A stretch of 63,985 nucleotides of DNA, counting the filler, from Octopus bimaculoides (Eukaryota): NCBI RefSeq assembly GCF_001194135.2. It is 4 parts of 4 records of this genome, joined end to end, with 100 filler letters (N's around TTAATTAATTAA, not from the genome) between each part and the next. Parts side by side here need not be neighbours in the genome. Positions count along the whole stretch, not along the records: positions 58,825 to 63,985 come from NC_068989.1; 3 more parts are not named here. One strand, written 5' to 3'. Position numbers and translations under genes: made by a program. Of this stretch, positions 63,944-63,985 are shown one piece after another. Position 1 is the stretch's first letter. Each line of letters starts with the position of its first letter. The notes beneath the pieces were generated by a model. That model was not told the DNA's origin. It searched no databases and was given only the letters and a program-made list of their open reading frames with translations.

Positions 63944-63985
<42 letters not shown>

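Overview
AT-rich, microsatellite-saturated eukaryotic genomic DNA with many N gaps. The SINE families, TTAGGG-type repeat and overall texture point to an octopus (coleoid cephalopod) draft assembly; this is an inference from recalled repeat families, with no database search run. There is no long intact coding sequence. Nearly every ORF in the supplied track is a translation of (TA)n/(CA)n/(GA)n/triplet repeats or runs across N gaps. The window reads as intronic or intergenic DNA built from: three tRNA-derived SINE families (called A, B and C here) in many copies; decayed LINE fragments (RTE, CR1/Jockey-group, R4/Dong-type); two Penelope-like GIY-YIG remnants; pogo/Tigger, mariner, maT, hAT and piggyBac-type remnants and MITEs. 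A few minus-strand exon-like cassettes (645-747, 25223-25318) may belong to an unidentified host gene. The most interesting signal is a short dispersed repeat (26349, 41047, 46483) carrying a minimal type I hammerhead-ribozyme fold with a non-canonical core (CUGUUGAA instead of CUGANGA[A]), in a window that also holds Penelope remnants. Other notable items: a MITE wrapping a telomere-type (TTAGGG)n tract, a SINE-LINE shared 3' tail, tandem perfect CRE sites, and three N44-TTAATTAATTAA-N44 spacers that are assembly artefacts.
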